DNA of 64,000 nucleotides from Perkinsus olseni (Eukaryota): NCBI GenBank assembly GCA_013115125.1, contig JABANN010000050.1, positions 1 to 64,000 of the forward strand, read 5' to 3'. Shown piece by piece: positions 22,679 to 32,819 of this stretch (position 1 is its first letter; each line of letters starts with the position of its first letter). The notes under the pieces were generated by a model. It saw only the letters and a program-made list of their open reading frames with translations, ran no database searches and was not told where the DNA came from. The position numbers and the translations under genes were made by a program.

Positions 22679-24823
22679 ATGTCCCTCTCCTTTTTTCGCT
22701 CAGCAGCACCCCCATGGACACCTAGGAGCAAGAAGGGACTCCAGCGGAAGTACCTGGCGAGGGTGGTCTTCTCCGGGGCTACAATCCTCATCTGTGCCGT
22801 AGCGATAGTCTCTACTCTACTCCTACCTTTCATACTCCTACGCCAGGCCCCAGTGTCGACCGCCCGATTGCGCTTGTTCTCTTTCATTCGGCCGCCACCA
22901 AGGCCTCTGCCGCAAGCGGAGCCCTATGGCGGTCGTCGGAATAGCGGAGGGTCGAAGGACGATCATTATGTGACGGCGGGGGACCTGGTGGATCCACTCA
23001 GTGGCCGTCCGAAGAACGTCGATTTAATTTTAACAGCGGAGCGAAGCGGGAAAAGGGGGAGGTCTACGGATCTGTGGACTACCATACAGTGCACGGGAGA
23101 TCGGCTCAACCGCTCCTGCATCTTTGACAATTTCTATTATACCACTCACGATGAGCGATTCCACGTTTTGCTGCCTTCCTTCGGCGAGGTTCGCCGGGCC
23201 CCTTATCTGGGTCGCCCAGTGGACCCTTCTGAGGACTCCACCTCGTTGTACTTAAACGGTGAAGTTACTTTTGATTCCGTAGCGGAGGTCCTCGCCAATT
23301 GCAGCGATTTCTTCATGGGCGACGTTCCCTTCATTCCGACCGGCGACAACTTCTCTCCTGTCATCCACATACTGGAGACCGCAGAGGAAGCCCGAGAATG
23401 GATCGCCTCGGTCACGTTGCCATACGACGAGCTGCCTCGGTACGTCGAAGGCCTCACTGCCTACGGCTTCTCCCTTTATATGCACAACACCGGTCACCTG
23501 CTCTACGACGGCATCTACCCTCTCTTCGTCTCGATGCTGCGCTTCGGTTACGGTGGCGCCCGGGTCAACGCGGCCCTGCGGATAGAGTACAACGACATGC
23601 ATCGACCGGGGCAGGCGGTGACGGCCGACGAGATCATACCGACTTTCTTCGGCGCCAACTACTACAAGCTCGGCGAACTACCAGACAGGCTGTATCAATT
23701 TCAGCGTGTCATTGTCGGCTCCCGGAAGATGGCGCAGCGGTCGTTGAACCTAAGAGGTACTATGCCGGGCTCGTACGGTTTTGAGAACGCCCTTTACTAC
23801 TTCACGCAAAGGCTCAAGGCGAGCTACGGCCTCGTACCTTGGAAGGGGCTCATGTCACCGCAGGCTCCAGTGATTCCTGATCGGGCGGCGAGTGGCTGCC
23901 GAGGCGTCCTCACCGACAATAAGAGGTTCAGCGATGAGGAGAGGGCTATGCTGCAGAGCGTCCTGGCGGCTATTAGACGCTCGGGAAGGTGCAACATAAT
24001 TTTTTTGAAGTGGGAAGACTACACTTTTCGGCAGCAGTTGCAGATCTTCGCCGACTCCGACGTTTACATCAGCGGGGTTGGCACTGGCATTACTCGAGCC
24101 CACATGATCAAGCCCGGTGGGGTGGTGGTGAATCTTGGCGAACTGGAGTCTCTTGGGTATCCGCCTCGAGTGCAGGCATCTTACAGGGATGTCCAGTTCT
24201 CTACCGGTGCGCCTTACTTGTTTGCTATGTTTTACCCGCCGAAGCTTTGGAACGTCTATGGTGAGCTCCAGCCTGAAGCGGTTCGGTTTGTGATCGAGCA
24301 GGCGATTGAGAAGGTGAAGGAAGGCTTCCCATTGCCTCGCCCCTTAGAAGACGGTCTCTCCCATGTCGGCAAGTCCTTCGATAAGTACTGCAAGCGGAGT
24401 CCGGCCGACTGTGAGGACCTTGAGGGCCAATTAAACCCGTACGATAGGCCAGGCGATGACTATTGGTGCGCTCTTTGCAGTTGGCCTGAGTACATTGGTC
24501 TCGACAGCATGTGGAAGAAGGGGCAGAGTTGTGAGTGGTACGATGAGACTCGCCGGTGTCGGCTGAACTACAGACTCTTCGACCGCTGCCGTTCTCCTGA
24601 CCACCTCGCCTTTGATAAGGAGTGTCACGAAGGCAGTCGAGGGGCTATGCGACGGCAGAGCGAGCGGCTACTGGGGCGCCAGGCTGCCCGGCTTGGGGTC
24701 AATGTAGTTGACTTGAGCCCTGCCCAAGCGACAGAAGCCCTGATGAAGGGACGGCCGCCGAGCTGCCCGGCGCGAGAAGAGGAAGGGCGGCCGTGCTCCT
24801 GCCAGCCGCTGGTGTGGCTGTGA
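22679..24823 (+). CDS. GT61 (EOGT/POMGNT2-like) glycosyltransferase, type II membrane, paralogue 1
   Basis: N-terminal TM; RSCIFDNFYY, HNTGHLLYDGIYP and FRQQLQIFADSDVYISGVGTGITRAHMIKPGGVVVNL; Cys-rich C-terminus; intronless. Confidence 0.75.
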   Translation: MSLSFFRSAAPPWTPRSKKGLQRKYLARVVFSGATILICAVAIVSTLLLPFILLRQAPVSTARLRLFSFIRPPPRPLPQAEPYGGRRNSGGSKDDHYVTAGDLVDPLSGRPKNVDLILTAERSGKRGRSTDLWTTIQCTGDRLNRSCIFDNFYYTTHDERFHVLLPSFGEVRRAPYLGRPVDPSEDSTSLYLNGEVTFDSVAEVLANCSDFFMGDVPFIPTGDNFSPVIHILETAEEAREWIASVTLPYDELPRYVEGLTAYGFSLYMHNTGHLLYDGIYPLFVSMLRFGYGGARVNAALRIEYNDMHRPGQAVTADEIIPTFFGANYYKLGELPDRLYQFQRVIVGSRKMAQRSLNLRGTMPGSYGFENALYYFTQRLKASYGLVPWKGLMSPQAPVIPDRAASGCRGVLTDNKRFSDEERAMLQSVLAAIRRSGRCNIIFLKWEDYTFRQQLQIFADSDVYISGVGTGITRAHMIKPGGVVVNLGELESLGYPPRVQASYRDVQFSTGAPYLFAMFYPPKLWNVYGELQPEAVRFVIEQAIEKVKEGFPLPRPLEDGLSHVGKSFDKYCKRSPADCEDLEGQLNPYDRPGDDYWCALCSWPEYIGLDSMWKKGQSCEWYDETRRCRLNYRLFDRCRSPDHLAFDKECHEGSRGAMRRQSERLLGRQAARLGVNVVDLSPAQATEALMKGRPPSCPAREEEGRPCSCQPLVWL

Positions 24824-24996
24824 GTTTAACTCTGTACGCATTTGTATCATTTAATTTGACATTTAACTGTACTCTTACGGCCTGCTTCTATTGGCAGTTT
24901 TCGATAAGGGGTCGAGCAAAAGTGCGGGATGCGGGGATCGAACCTGGGACTCTCGGATACTGGGCTCTGTCCTTACCTCAGTTCCTGTTTCTTTCT

Positions 24997-27051
24997 ATGG
25001 TCAGCCCTCGGTCCTTCATCCGGGGACACCGACCCAGGCAACGATGGCTCTGGGCTGTCCCTTTTGGGTTCACATTATTATTTCTTTTTCTACTCTTCTC
25101 CAACTCTCCTGTTCACACCGTCTCCTCCCTCCGCGGCCCCGACCCACCAGCGTCGCTGCCCGTGGCCGAGGCCCCGTCTGCAGAGCCTTCGAGGAATGGT
25201 TCTTCGACTTTCCTTAGGGCCGATCAGCTCACCGACCCTATGAGTGGCCGCCCCAGTACTGCCGACTACGTCGCCCTCGAGGACACCTATGACCATCCAC
25301 AGTTGTGGACATCCGTGCAGTGCACTGGCAGCAGGCTCAACCGAAGCTGCATCTTCGATAACTTCTACTATGTCCCCTCAGAGGAGAAGTTCCACATCGT
25401 CCTTCCCGCCAGCTCACGAATCCGATCGGCACCGTATGCAGGTCGCCCCGTCGACGTCGCGAAGGACGTGGTTCTCTCCGGCCCCTACGATGGCTCTGTC
25501 GTCACTGAGGCCAGTGTGAGGGCGCTCATCGACGGCTGCAGCGACTTCTTCATGGGCGATGTCGACTACGAGCCCACCGGCAATCGCTTTGAGCCCATCA
25601 TACACATTTTCGACTCTCCCTTGGACGTTCAGATGTGGGTCATGTATCACACTACGACTGGAGCCACCTTCCGTCCGGGTCTAACAGTCTATGGCTTCGC
25701 CCTCTACATGCACAACGTCGGCCATGCCCTCTACGATGGCATCTATCCTATGTTCATCTCAATGCTGCGCTTTGGCTACGGGGCTGCTGACGTCAATGTG
25801 TTGTTCAAAATGGTCTATAACGGCGTGTTGAAGCCCGGCATGCACGTAATTGGTGACGACATCGCCCCTGTCTTTGGTGGTGGCACCTACACTCACCTGG
25901 ATGACCTCACCGATCCTCTCTATCGCTTCCAAAGGGTCATCGTCGGGTCGCGTCGTATGGCTCATCGCTCTTTCAACACTTACACCACTCTGCCGGGCTC
26001 CTACACCTACGAGAACGCCCTGTGGTACTTCTCACGACGCCTGCAGTCTCGCTACGGTTTGATCGACTCCAAGACGGCCATGGATCCCGCTGCTGAGATC
26101 AAGCCCGGCGTGCGCGATGGAACTTGCAGGGGCGTCATCACCGACAACAAAAGGTTCGACGCGGCCGACCGGAAGATGTTCTACGAGCTGATTGATAAGC
26201 TCAAGGACGAGGGCGTCTGCGACTTCACCTTCGTCGATTGGAAGAAGTACACCTTCGAGGAGCAACTGGAGCTATTCACCAACTCCGACGTCTACGTCAG
26301 CGGCGTTGGCACTGGCATCACTCGAGCTCATCTCACGAGGCCTGGCGGAGCTGTCGTCAACCTAGGCGAGCTGGAGAAGTTTGGCACTCCTGAGAGAGTC
26401 CAGATTTCCTATCGGGACGTCCAGTTCGCGGCCGGTGCGCCCTACCTGCAGGCCCTCTACTATCCAGCTAAGCTGTGGAACGTGTACGGTAGACTGCAGC
26501 CCGAAGCAGTGGAGCTCATCGTGAGGCAAGCAGTGGACCGGGTGAAGACGGGATGGACGCTGCCACGGCCCCTCGAAGATGGTATTTCCATCGTCGGTGA
26601 AGCTATGGCGAAGTACTGCCGAGCGAGCCCGAGTGACTGCGAGGATCTCGAGAGCGAGTTCAATGTTGATGACCGGCCCGACCAGGATGATCCGTGGTGC
26701 TCCCTCTGTATGTGGCCTGACTATATCGGCCTGGACACCATGTGGCGAGCTGATACCACCTGCGAGTGGTACGACAAGACCCGCCAGTGCAAGCTCAACT
26801 ACGCCCTCTACGACTCTTGCCGGTCCCCGGACCATCTCGCCTTCGACGCCAAGTGCCACGAAGAGAGCCGCCCGGCGATGCAAGAGCTACGAGAGCGTCT
26901 GCTGGCAGAGAAGGCCAGTGAACTCGGCGTGACTGTGGATGAGTTGTCGCCCGAGGAAGCGACGGAAACCCTTCTGACGGCGGACCCTCCGAACTGTCCG
27001 CCGACTTATGTGTCTGGCGAGTTATGCTGGTGCAAGGCCTTGGTCTGGTGA
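24997..27051 (+). CDS. GT61-like glycosyltransferase, paralogue 2
   Basis: Same motifs (HNVGHALYDGIYP; FEEQLELFTNSDVYVSGVGTG); ends CWCKALVW. First ATG at 24997. Confidence 0.75.
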   Translation: MVSPRSFIRGHRPRQRWLWAVPFGFTLLFLFLLFSNSPVHTVSSLRGPDPPASLPVAEAPSAEPSRNGSSTFLRADQLTDPMSGRPSTADYVALEDTYDHPQLWTSVQCTGSRLNRSCIFDNFYYVPSEEKFHIVLPASSRIRSAPYAGRPVDVAKDVVLSGPYDGSVVTEASVRALIDGCSDFFMGDVDYEPTGNRFEPIIHIFDSPLDVQMWVMYHTTTGATFRPGLTVYGFALYMHNVGHALYDGIYPMFISMLRFGYGAADVNVLFKMVYNGVLKPGMHVIGDDIAPVFGGGTYTHLDDLTDPLYRFQRVIVGSRRMAHRSFNTYTTLPGSYTYENALWYFSRRLQSRYGLIDSKTAMDPAAEIKPGVRDGTCRGVITDNKRFDAADRKMFYELIDKLKDEGVCDFTFVDWKKYTFEEQLELFTNSDVYVSGVGTGITRAHLTRPGGAVVNLGELEKFGTPERVQISYRDVQFAAGAPYLQALYYPAKLWNVYGRLQPEAVELIVRQAVDRVKTGWTLPRPLEDGISIVGEAMAKYCRASPSDCEDLESEFNVDDRPDQDDPWCSLCMWPDYIGLDTMWRADTTCEWYDKTRQCKLNYALYDSCRSPDHLAFDAKCHEESRPAMQELRERLLAEKASELGVTVDELSPEEATETLLTADPPNCPPTYVSGELCWCKALVW

Positions 27052-27190
27052 TTACTGTTTGCTGTTCCTTTGTGTCGTATATGTACCTTTTTTGCTGTTT
27101 TCTGTGTTCCCTCGTATCTTACGCGCGTCGAGTTAAGATTCCTTCAAGGTTTCTGCGAGTGATCAGTTTCTCAGCCTCCTCGGGGCCCTC

Positions 27191-29233
27191 ATGTCAGGAT
27201 TACGCAGCGTCCTACGGCAGAGTCGTCGGAGCCTTCTGGCCTCCTACCTTCGTTTGTGCCTGCCCCGTCTCTTGCCCTACCTACTCGTGCCAATACTGAC
27301 CCTTGTCGCTCTGTACATCCTCTTCGGCATACCACACCTTGACGGATTCGTCGGGCACTTGCGAGGCTACTCTAACTTCATCACAACAGCGCCCTCCGGT
27401 CCAGAGTTCCTCATCCGGGCGGACCAGCTCGTGAACCCTATGAATGGTCGCCCAGCCACTGTTGACTACTTCTTGCCCGACGCCCCGGAGAAGGAGGCGA
27501 ATCTTTGGAGTGCGGTCCAGTGCACTGGTAGCGTCGTCAACCGTACATGTATTTTTGACAACTTGTACTACAATAAAGACGAGGACCTCTTCTACCTGCT
27601 GTTGCCTCGGAAGGGAGAGGTGCGCTCGTCGCCCTACCATCAGCGTCCGGTCTCGCCAATGGTCGATGCTGTGGTCCCAGGGCCCTACGACGGCCTCGTT
27701 TCCGCGGACCGTATCAGGAACCTGACCAAGAACTGCTCGTCGTTCTTTATGGGCGATGTACACTACGACCCCATCGGCCGTCCGTTCTCTCCGGAGTTGG
27801 TGTTCTTCGAAGATGCGGCTGCACTGCTCCACTGGCTGGACCAGCGTGCGTGGAAGCCCACCGCTGTCACCGGTGTGACGATCTACGGGTACGCCCTCTA
27901 CGCTCACAACGTAGGTCACATCATGTACGATGCCCTCTATCCGCTGTACGTGTCTATGATCCGCTTTGGGTACGGGGATGCTGACGTGAATGTGGTGATG
28001 AAGGTCGAGGATCGCTTCAACGGCAAGAAGTTCCTTTGCGATGAGTTCTGGCCAAGATTCGGCGGTGGCAAGTACAGCCGTCTGAACGACCTTCGTCGGC
28101 CTACTTACCGCTTCCAAAGGGTCATCGTCGGGTCCCGTCGGATGGCCCATAGGAGCTTCAACACCGACACGACCATGCCGGGCTCCTACACCTACGAGAA
28201 CGCCATCTACATGTACACTCAGCGCATTCTCGCTCGCTACGGTATAGCTGATGCCGCCTCCGCCACCAGGGGGAGCACTGCAGTGCCGATAGACCGCGGC
28301 CAGGACGGCTGCCGAGGGGTCATTGTGGACAACAAGCGGTTCACCGACGCTGAACGGGCCATGTTAGAGTCGATTGCCCTTCACTCGCACGAAACTCTCA
28401 ACTGCGACATCACCTTCATCCGCTGGGAGAAGTACTCCTTCGAGGAGCAACTGAGGATATTCTCCGAGGCTAACGTCTATGTGAGCGGAGTTGGCACTGG
28501 CATCACCCGATCTCATTTTATCAAGCCCGGTGGTGTCGTCGTGAATCTCGGCGAGATGGATCGTTACGGCACCCCTCCAAGACTGCAGCCAGGGTACAAG
28601 GACGTGCAGTTTGCGGTCGGGTCGCCACACTTGAATGCTCTTTACTACCCGATGAAGCTCCTCAACATGTATGGCGAACTACAGGAGGAAGCGGTCCGAA
28701 ATATGATAAGGCAAGCGGTGCAGCTTGTTCGTCGAGGCTTCCCTATTCCCCGGCCATTGAAAGACGGGCTAGCGCCGACCGGCCTTGCCATGGTTGAGTA
28801 CTGCGAGGCTAGCCCAGAAGCCTGCGAGGACCTCAGCGGTCAACTGAGTGTCGAAGAGGTCCCCGGCAATAGCGTCTGGTGTGCCTTCTGTACATGGCCG
28901 GACTACTTCGGGTTGGACCCGATGTGGCGGAAGGGGACGAGCTGTATGAAGGAAGGACAACCTCTGCAGTGTCGGCTGGACTATGATTTATATGATAGAG
29001 TTCGAGACCCCAATCACGTGGCATTTGATGCTGCCTGTCACGAGGCGGCCCGACCGCGCATGCAGAAGGTGAAGCAGAAGCTGCTAGCCCTCCAGGCCGC
29101 TCGGTTAGGAGTCAGGACCAGTGATCTCACGGACGCTGAGGCAACCTTTGCGATGATGCAAGGGTCGCCTCCTGAGTGCCCGCCCGTCTATCGGCCACAA
29201 GAGGAGTGCTTCTGTCTGCCACTCGTGTGGTAG
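27191..29233 (+). CDS. GT61-like glycosyltransferase, paralogue 3
   Basis: Same motifs (HNVGHIMYDALYP; FEEQLRIFSEANVYVSGVGTG); ends CFCLPLVW. Confidence 0.75.
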   Translation: MSGLRSVLRQSRRSLLASYLRLCLPRLLPYLLVPILTLVALYILFGIPHLDGFVGHLRGYSNFITTAPSGPEFLIRADQLVNPMNGRPATVDYFLPDAPEKEANLWSAVQCTGSVVNRTCIFDNLYYNKDEDLFYLLLPRKGEVRSSPYHQRPVSPMVDAVVPGPYDGLVSADRIRNLTKNCSSFFMGDVHYDPIGRPFSPELVFFEDAAALLHWLDQRAWKPTAVTGVTIYGYALYAHNVGHIMYDALYPLYVSMIRFGYGDADVNVVMKVEDRFNGKKFLCDEFWPRFGGGKYSRLNDLRRPTYRFQRVIVGSRRMAHRSFNTDTTMPGSYTYENAIYMYTQRILARYGIADAASATRGSTAVPIDRGQDGCRGVIVDNKRFTDAERAMLESIALHSHETLNCDITFIRWEKYSFEEQLRIFSEANVYVSGVGTGITRSHFIKPGGVVVNLGEMDRYGTPPRLQPGYKDVQFAVGSPHLNALYYPMKLLNMYGELQEEAVRNMIRQAVQLVRRGFPIPRPLKDGLAPTGLAMVEYCEASPEACEDLSGQLSVEEVPGNSVWCAFCTWPDYFGLDPMWRKGTSCMKEGQPLQCRLDYDLYDRVRDPNHVAFDAACHEAARPRMQKVKQKLLALQAARLGVRTSDLTDAEATFAMMQGSPPECPPVYRPQEECFCLPLVW

Positions 29234-29458
29234 TAGTGTCTTTGTATAAACATACTTCTGTACCATTCAGCAAAGTGTTGTTCCTTTGTTAGTGAGTCCG
29301 ACTTGACTCCTGCTGTTACTTCAAAAATCTCATCTACCATTCTTGCCACCTCTCGCTGTGTCGTTGAGTTCGAGCTGCTACAGAAGGCGGTGCCATAGTG
29401 CTATCAGTGCTTTTTGTTGCAGAGAAGAAAACAAGCCGGTCTACTTCAACTCTCTTTC

Positions 29459-30586
29459 ATGCTTCGCCTACGCCGTGTTGGACCGCTGTTGGTGTCCAAT
29501 CTTCGCCGAGGGTCGTTCATCCGCGGGGTAGCCAACCAAGAGTCCATTGACGTCACCACTCTGAGGGACCCCCCCGAGATCTTGGAGTGCTTCACACGCC
29601 TCGATCGACCGGCTCCCTCAACGTGTAGCTCCATCACTCTCCGTGCCCTCGCCCTTCTGCCCGCCTTCACACTGGGGCAGTGCGCCACGTTGCTGCTTGC
29701 TCTGCACAAGGCTGGTTCTGAGGCCGAGGTCCGGGACTTGGCCGAGGGTGTCGCGGAGAGTCTCTTCCACGCTGAGTTGTCGACTGATGACAGCGAGGGA
29801 GCTTGGCGATATTTGGAGGCCCTCAGCTTCTCTCTGCCGGAGTCCTTGAAGGGGGACGAGAGCCTGACTCACATGATACTGGGTTGTGCTTGCGAGGGTG
29901 CCGAAGATGCTCCTGTCGCGACAATCTGCCAGGGCCTCATAAGTCTTCTCAGAGCGGGAGTCCTGAGCCGCCACGTTCCCTTGGTGGTGGAACAGCTGGA
30001 GTTGTTGGCCGATCGACTGCAAGGCGGCGCCAATCCGACAGAAGTGTGTCGTCTCCTCGCGTTCGCCGTGAAGATGCAGCGACTTCGACAGGAATTACTA
30101 CCGAGAAGATTCCTTGACAGCGCCATGAACTACATCACCGCCCGGACGCAGCAGTTCGCCGCCGAGCAATTGGCCCACATCGTTGTGGCCCTGTGGAGAC
30201 TCGAGGAAGTCTTGCCGGAGTTCAGTGCTTCGGTGGAGATCATCGATCGGCTGAGCGCAGAGATAGTCTGGAAGTACTCCCAGCTTCGACTTACCCCCGC
30301 CCTCAACGCCATTGAAGGTCTCACTAGTCTGCGGCACTTCCCTGCCCTGGACGATCCCCACCGTCTACGGCCGGTTGTTGTGCATGTGGCTAAGCGACTA
30401 CATGCCTTAGAGCCCCAGCAAGTACTGAGATTGACGAGAGTGTTGAAGAGGTGCCCTTCGGCTGGAGCGCTGTGCGAGCCTCTCATAGCGTGGCACGTCG
30501 AGTGTCACCGGGTCGAGTTTACTGAAGATGAGCTGAGAGAACTTGGTAGTGTGTCTCGAACTGAGACGACTAACGCTACTGCTTGA
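29459..30586 (+). CDS. Alpha-helical repeat protein with a mitochondrial-presequence-like N-terminus (HPR/OPR/FASTK-like, tentative)
   Basis: Starts MLRLRRVGPLLVSNLRRGSFIRG (Arg-rich, no acidic residues). Repeated helix pairs such as FTLGQCATLLLALHKAG, FAAEQLAHIVVALWRL and LEPQQVLRLTRVL. Confidence 0.55.
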   Translation: MLRLRRVGPLLVSNLRRGSFIRGVANQESIDVTTLRDPPEILECFTRLDRPAPSTCSSITLRALALLPAFTLGQCATLLLALHKAGSEAEVRDLAEGVAESLFHAELSTDDSEGAWRYLEALSFSLPESLKGDESLTHMILGCACEGAEDAPVATICQGLISLLRAGVLSRHVPLVVEQLELLADRLQGGANPTEVCRLLAFAVKMQRLRQELLPRRFLDSAMNYITARTQQFAAEQLAHIVVALWRLEEVLPEFSASVEIIDRLSAEIVWKYSQLRLTPALNAIEGLTSLRHFPALDDPHRLRPVVVHVAKRLHALEPQQVLRLTRVLKRCPSAGALCEPLIAWHVECHRVEFTEDELRELGSVSRTETTNATA

Positions 30587-31135
30587 CATGCATAAATTGA
30601 GATGTTTCTGAAACCGAAAATGCTCCGTGCTGTTGTCACATCTGCTGGTCATTTCGGTGCCTGTGGGGACACTCTCAGATGGAGACAGCGTGACATGGTG
30701 CGCAGCTGACAAGGTTGACAGGTTAGCTTGATCGTAAAGGCCGTGTTAGCAAGCCAGCTTACAAGAGCCCCCTTTCCGGGCCCGCTCGACCCCCTTCGTG
30801 GCGGACCGAAGTGGCACTGAGGACGGAGGACTACAGGTGTGGGGGAGTTGTTGAGATGGAGACAGCGTGATATCGTACGTGGTAGACAGAGCTGGGAGCT
30901 ATATTAGCTAGCAACTCCCAGCGCGGCCGAGCGAATGTACGGAGAGACTAAAGTGAGTGCTTTCAGTTGGCTCTGCTGCAGGCTCGCGAGTTCTGTTCCT
31001 TGTGGTACTCTGAAGAGCCACCGAAGATACTGAATATGCTCATTGAGAGCCGCTCGTCCCATCACCGTACAAAAAAAGGTTTGAGCCTGTGAGCCCCTGT
31101 CAACGGCTCTTTATCCCTCAGCGTAACCTTTTGTT

Positions 31136-31552
31136 ATGTGGGCTATGTCCGCCGTGCTCTGCGTTGCCCTGGTCGTATGGCAAATACCTGCGTTGAAGAA
31201 GCCTCCTCCGCCCAGTGGCACGTACTCCAGGATCGTCTTCCCTCCGACAGACTGCATTCAGGTTGAGTGGCTCCCACAAGCCTCCGGTGTGGTGCTTCTC
31301 TTCGACTGTGGCCACATGGGCTTCTCGGATCCCATCAACGTGAACGAGCGAACGCCATTCTTTTACGAGGTGGCGGAGGAGAGCAAAGCTGAGTACAACG
31401 ACTTCATATTGCTAGTGGGTTCCGAATGTCCGTATCGAGTCCGTGACGGAGATCTGTACTCATATGATTATGATTGGAAAGCTAAGACTGTGAAGACTCT
31501 GTTCGAAAGCGTGGCAATAGTTCTGCAGCCGGGAGAGTGTCCCCATCCATGA
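31136..31552 (+). CDS. Small secreted/membrane-anchored hypothetical protein (138 aa)
   Basis: Signal-like MWAMSAVLCVALVVW, an aromatic- and Cys-containing domain, and a CTCAG acceptor 14 nt before the ATG. Confidence 0.65.
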   Translation: MWAMSAVLCVALVVWQIPALKKPPPPSGTYSRIVFPPTDCIQVEWLPQASGVVLLFDCGHMGFSDPINVNERTPFFYEVAEESKAEYNDFILLVGSECPYRVRDGDLYSYDYDWKAKTVKTLFESVAIVLQPGECPHP

Positions 31553-32819
31553 GTGTTGAGCTGTGTGTTGCGGCGTGCGGGACTGTGTCGACTAACAGAT
31601 CCTTTACGGTATCGTCCTCTATGTGCCTTTAGTAGTGCCATCAATTGGTTGAGCAATGATTTCAATCGCTCAATTTTTGCAGTACGACGGATCGCCACCC
31701 TTCAGTATTGGTCATTACCGCTTGCATGATGAGTGACTACGAGGTTGCTCCGTAGACTGTCCTCTGATGAGACCAGAACGAGTACGTAATGCTTCTTTTG
31801 AACCTCAGGATATTGGTTGTGATATTTGACGAATTCGCAGCTCTTCCCATTCTTTCAGTATCCCGACTTCTTCAACACTCGAGAAGAAGGCTGGGTTGGG
31901 TTTCGCCATATTGGTGATGATATTCTCGCAGAGAATAATCGCAGATCACCGAGACCTGTTCCGGTCTTATCGCCATCAAGCTCAACAATGACCTTAACTG
32001 AAAACACCGTTTCTCGCCATCATTCCGTCGTCTCACAAACAATCTTGGGAGCCTTCTCCCATTCACCACAAGATTGCATGCATTCAATAACCGGTTGAAA
32101 CTTTCAAAAAAAACCCAGCGAAGTGCTGAGTTTCCCGACCTCACAAACAGCGGACTGGCTCCCAGCTGTTGTTCTATCGCCTGGCCGAAAACGGCCGAGA
32201 GCGAGTAAGAGATGGTTTAGATTTTGCATGCACAAGAGCCCTAGGGATGACTAAGCCCGGCCTGCAGGGTGGGGTGCTTTTGTCTTGTATCAGCGACTAG
32301 AACTACTCGAGGACATGAAAAGCACGACTCTGTCTCGCAGCGATCGGTTTGAGCGCAAGAGAGATCATTCCAGTGGTCAGTGCGCTCGAAGATGAATCGA
32401 TCGCAAAAAGCGGTGTTTCGAGCGGGGATTTTCCCGGACTCATCCTCGTTGCTTATGCCGCGTGTGTGGAAGTTACACTGTACCGCTCCGTCGTATCCAG
32501 TAGAGCCGTAGTAGAGTATGTATACTCAACTCGCATCGCTCGAACGGGGGTAACCCGCAGCCTGCGGGCCGGACAGTTGGGGCAGAGGACCCTCTCAAAT
32601 ACAGAGGCATGGCAAGAGAACTCTGGCATTGAGCATGGACAGCCTTCACGCCGCGAACGATACCAGGATGCTTCATCGTGCCTTTCCTGCTGTGGAGGGG
32701 CATTCGTTCACGCCATCTCTGATTGTCGTTCTAGGCGATCTAACGCACACCAACTTATCGTCTATCGTTTTTTATCGTTTTTTGGTTGTGGAAGTAGTTT
32801 CGTATTTTGCGGTATCATT

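Noticed and set aside
27281-28150. 289-aa minus-strand ORF and similar antisense ORFs over the GT61 genes
   Set aside because: Expected shadow ORFs from GC3-rich codon usage.
30677-30870. 17-bp direct repeat AGATGGAGACAGCGTGA about 175 bp apart
   Set aside because: Single local pair with no element structure between the copies.
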